Assembly: GCA_051294375.1 (NCBI GenBank)
Contig: CM119271.1
Coordinates: 10,729,376-10,793,375 of the forward strand
Direction of reading: 5' to 3'
Source: Paraspadella gotoi
Taxonomy: Eukaryota > Animalia > Chaetognatha
DNA length: 64,000 nucleotides
A program made the translations under genes and the position numbers. This document shows positions 61,901 to 64,000 of this stretch, in pieces. The first letter of the stretch is position 1, and each line of letters opens with the position of its first letter. Under the pieces are notes generated by a model. It did no database searches. It was not told where the DNA came from and worked only from the letters and a program-made list of their open reading frames with translations.

Positions 61901-63305
61901 GTTATTGCGCTTCTAATGCTTACTTAGTATTGAATTTTGCCGTTTTTTTTTATTTTTTATTATTGTGGGTTTTTTTTCTTGTATTGGTTTCATTTTCCTT
62001 TTGCTGTTTTATTGTTTTTGTTTTTTTCTTGTTTTGCTTCCTCGGTTTTCTTAATTGTTTATCTTTTCGTTTTTTTTTTTGGCTAGATTTTTTTTCCCAA
62101 AAATTTATTTCCTATCCTCCTCCTCTTCTTACCTATCTCTCACCCCTTCCCTCTCCCATGACATATGTCCCACCCTCCCTCTCTTTATATATTCACGTCT
62201 CTCTCTCTGTTTCTTCTCCCTCTTCCCCCTTCCCGCCTAACCCCTCTCTCTTCTCCCCTCTTCTCTCCCTCTCTCTCCCCCTTCTACCTCTCCCTCTCTC
62301 CCCTCTAGGCCTCTCCCTCTCTCCCCTGTCTACCTCTCCCTCTCTCCCCTTACCTCTCCCCGCCTCTACCCCCCCGCCCCCCCACTCCAACCCCAAACTC
62401 TCAAAAGGTTATCCCCTCTCCACGGAGTGGCGCTCTCCACATCGCCAACTCTTTCCTTTCAAGGAGTTCGTGGACGACTTCCTGACGCCTCCCGACTCGT
62501 CGCTCTTTTGGTTCCAAGCCTCCACTCGCCCGGGCTGGTACGTCTCGCGAGCTGCGGGTTGTTCCCACGGGCGTTCTTGTTCGAGACTCTTGGCCGCCAG
62601 CAAGTTTCCTGGAGAGTCGGTTCTGGGCTTCGAATCGGGTGAGCCGAGCAAGATTGAAGCGCGCCAACGATGCGAGTTCATTATTTAATTCATTATTTAA
62701 TTTATTTAATTATTATATTAATACGCTTATTGATGCAAAGACGAGAACAAAGTTTATTTGTTTACATGCATGGAATGACTTTTATGCATTGGACCTGAAC
62801 CGATTTTTAGTGAAATATTTACCTGAATGATTGCCTATTGCATTTGATTTGTTTTAAATGAATGCATTGATTGAATGACTTATGAATGAATTATGAAATG
62901 TCTTGACCGGCTTCTTTTCTGAGCAATGATTAAATGTTCAAAAATGAATCAATGACTTTAAAGATTCTATTTTTTGCATGAATTAATTATTTTTAATTAC
63001 ATTACTGACTGACTCTTTGATAACAAAAGACAGGATCAGAGGCCAAGAGTGATTCTTGACAAATTCAATTGTTTTCTGCAAGCTTGAGTTGGTCGGGTCT
63101 GGTTTTCAGTCTCCGCCACATCAGCGTTTCATATGGGCGGGGATCGCCCGATCCTCCGATCCGTTTTGGCATTTTGGCCTGAGATTTGATCTCCTGCTTA
63201 TGTTATTGTATTAATCACAAATAATTGGCAAAGCGAAAAAAATAACTTTTTCTTAATTCATTATTCTTTCATACAGGAAAGAAGATGGAAGCGAATTTAT
63301 CTCTC
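58950..63305 (+). repeat. Error-rich inverted mirror of ~55340-58940 (includes a broken copy of the methyltransferase gene)
   Basis: Palindrome centred near 58945 (e.g. 58741-58770 versus 59121-59152). The MTase exons are mirrored at ~60690-60975, ~61700-61855 and ~62440-62675 with dense indels. Confidence 0.85.
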
Positions 63306-64000
63306 GNNNNNNNNNNNNNNNNNNNNNNNNNGGAGCAAGTTTTGGACGCCCAAAAATGCCATGTGGATCGGCGATGAGATGGGAGATGTTTGAGACCAGT
63401 GGATCATGTTTGCGTTTGCGGCAACATGCACCAGTAGTCACTTTGTACGTGTACTGGAGAAATAGCCCGGTTATGCCTCCTACGCCACAGAGGATCTGCG
63501 TCACGATGCTACGTCATCACTCTTTTCAAAGTCTAAATGTGTGCTCATCGTTTTGTGCTGTTCACTGTGTGTCATGGGTGCTATCAACTTCATCACAAAC
63601 TGGATGTCTTTCGTGATTCATAAATCAGAACTTCGTAATTTGAATTTTCATGTGTGATTTACCAACGCTACCCTATATTTTCCTAAATTATATTAAATTT
63701 CATTTTGGTATTTTTCGCATTATTTAGCTTTACTGGCCAAAAAGAAGTTACTGTGATTTGTACTTTATTTTTATAAAGTGGCCTTTTTAATTTAATTTTA
63801 TTTGCTTTAATTTGATACTCATTATTTGCTTTCTTTGGTGCGTGGCCGAGTGGAGATCCTGATTATTATTATTAGTAAGAAAGTAAATAAAAATGCCGGC
63901 CGAATTCTTTAAAAATTCCAATGCCCGCTAAGAAATATTTTGCTCCCTCTGTTCAAACGCCGGTCGCAAAACGTTACCTTATTTGGAAGTATTTTTAGAA

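Noticed and set aside
60684-62688. Second methyltransferase gene and the 266-aa ORF at 61888
   Set aside because: An error-rich mirror of 55-57 kb; the long ORF is low-complexity T/C-rich sequence.
63333-63616. Possible Polinton-type protease or other coding fragment after the gap
   Set aside because: Only a vague Cys pattern in low-quality sequence, which is not supportable.

Overview
Eukaryotic (invertebrate animal) genomic DNA with GT-AG introns, AT-rich intergenic sequence and N gaps. Plus strand: the 3' part of an Ig-like single-pass membrane protein gene and a complete non-alpha nicotinic acetylcholine receptor subunit gene. Minus strand, head to tail: an Rv2258c-like SAM methyltransferase gene; a receptor gene with signal peptide, ~17 ankyrin repeats, ~33 EGF, SEA, TM and a Tyr-motif tail (gene A); a Toll-like LRR receptor whose cytoplasmic part is a pseudokinase plus an RNase L/IRE1-type KEN ribonuclease (intact RNxxxH) plus a ubiquitin-like domain; and a short paralog of gene A with 5 EGF (gene B). 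The two most notable observations are the LRR-receptor/KEN-RNase fusion and the receptors with predicted extracellular ankyrin repeats, which form a permuted-Notch domain order. Together they look like a candidate innate-immune receptor cluster. Much of 34-44.8 kb and 59-63.3 kb consists of inverted or duplicated, indel-rich copies that are probably amplification or read chimeras. MITEs, dispersed repeats, a structured intronic element and a candidate Penelope-type hammerhead are also present. All gene models were derived by hand from the sequence, and no database searches were run.
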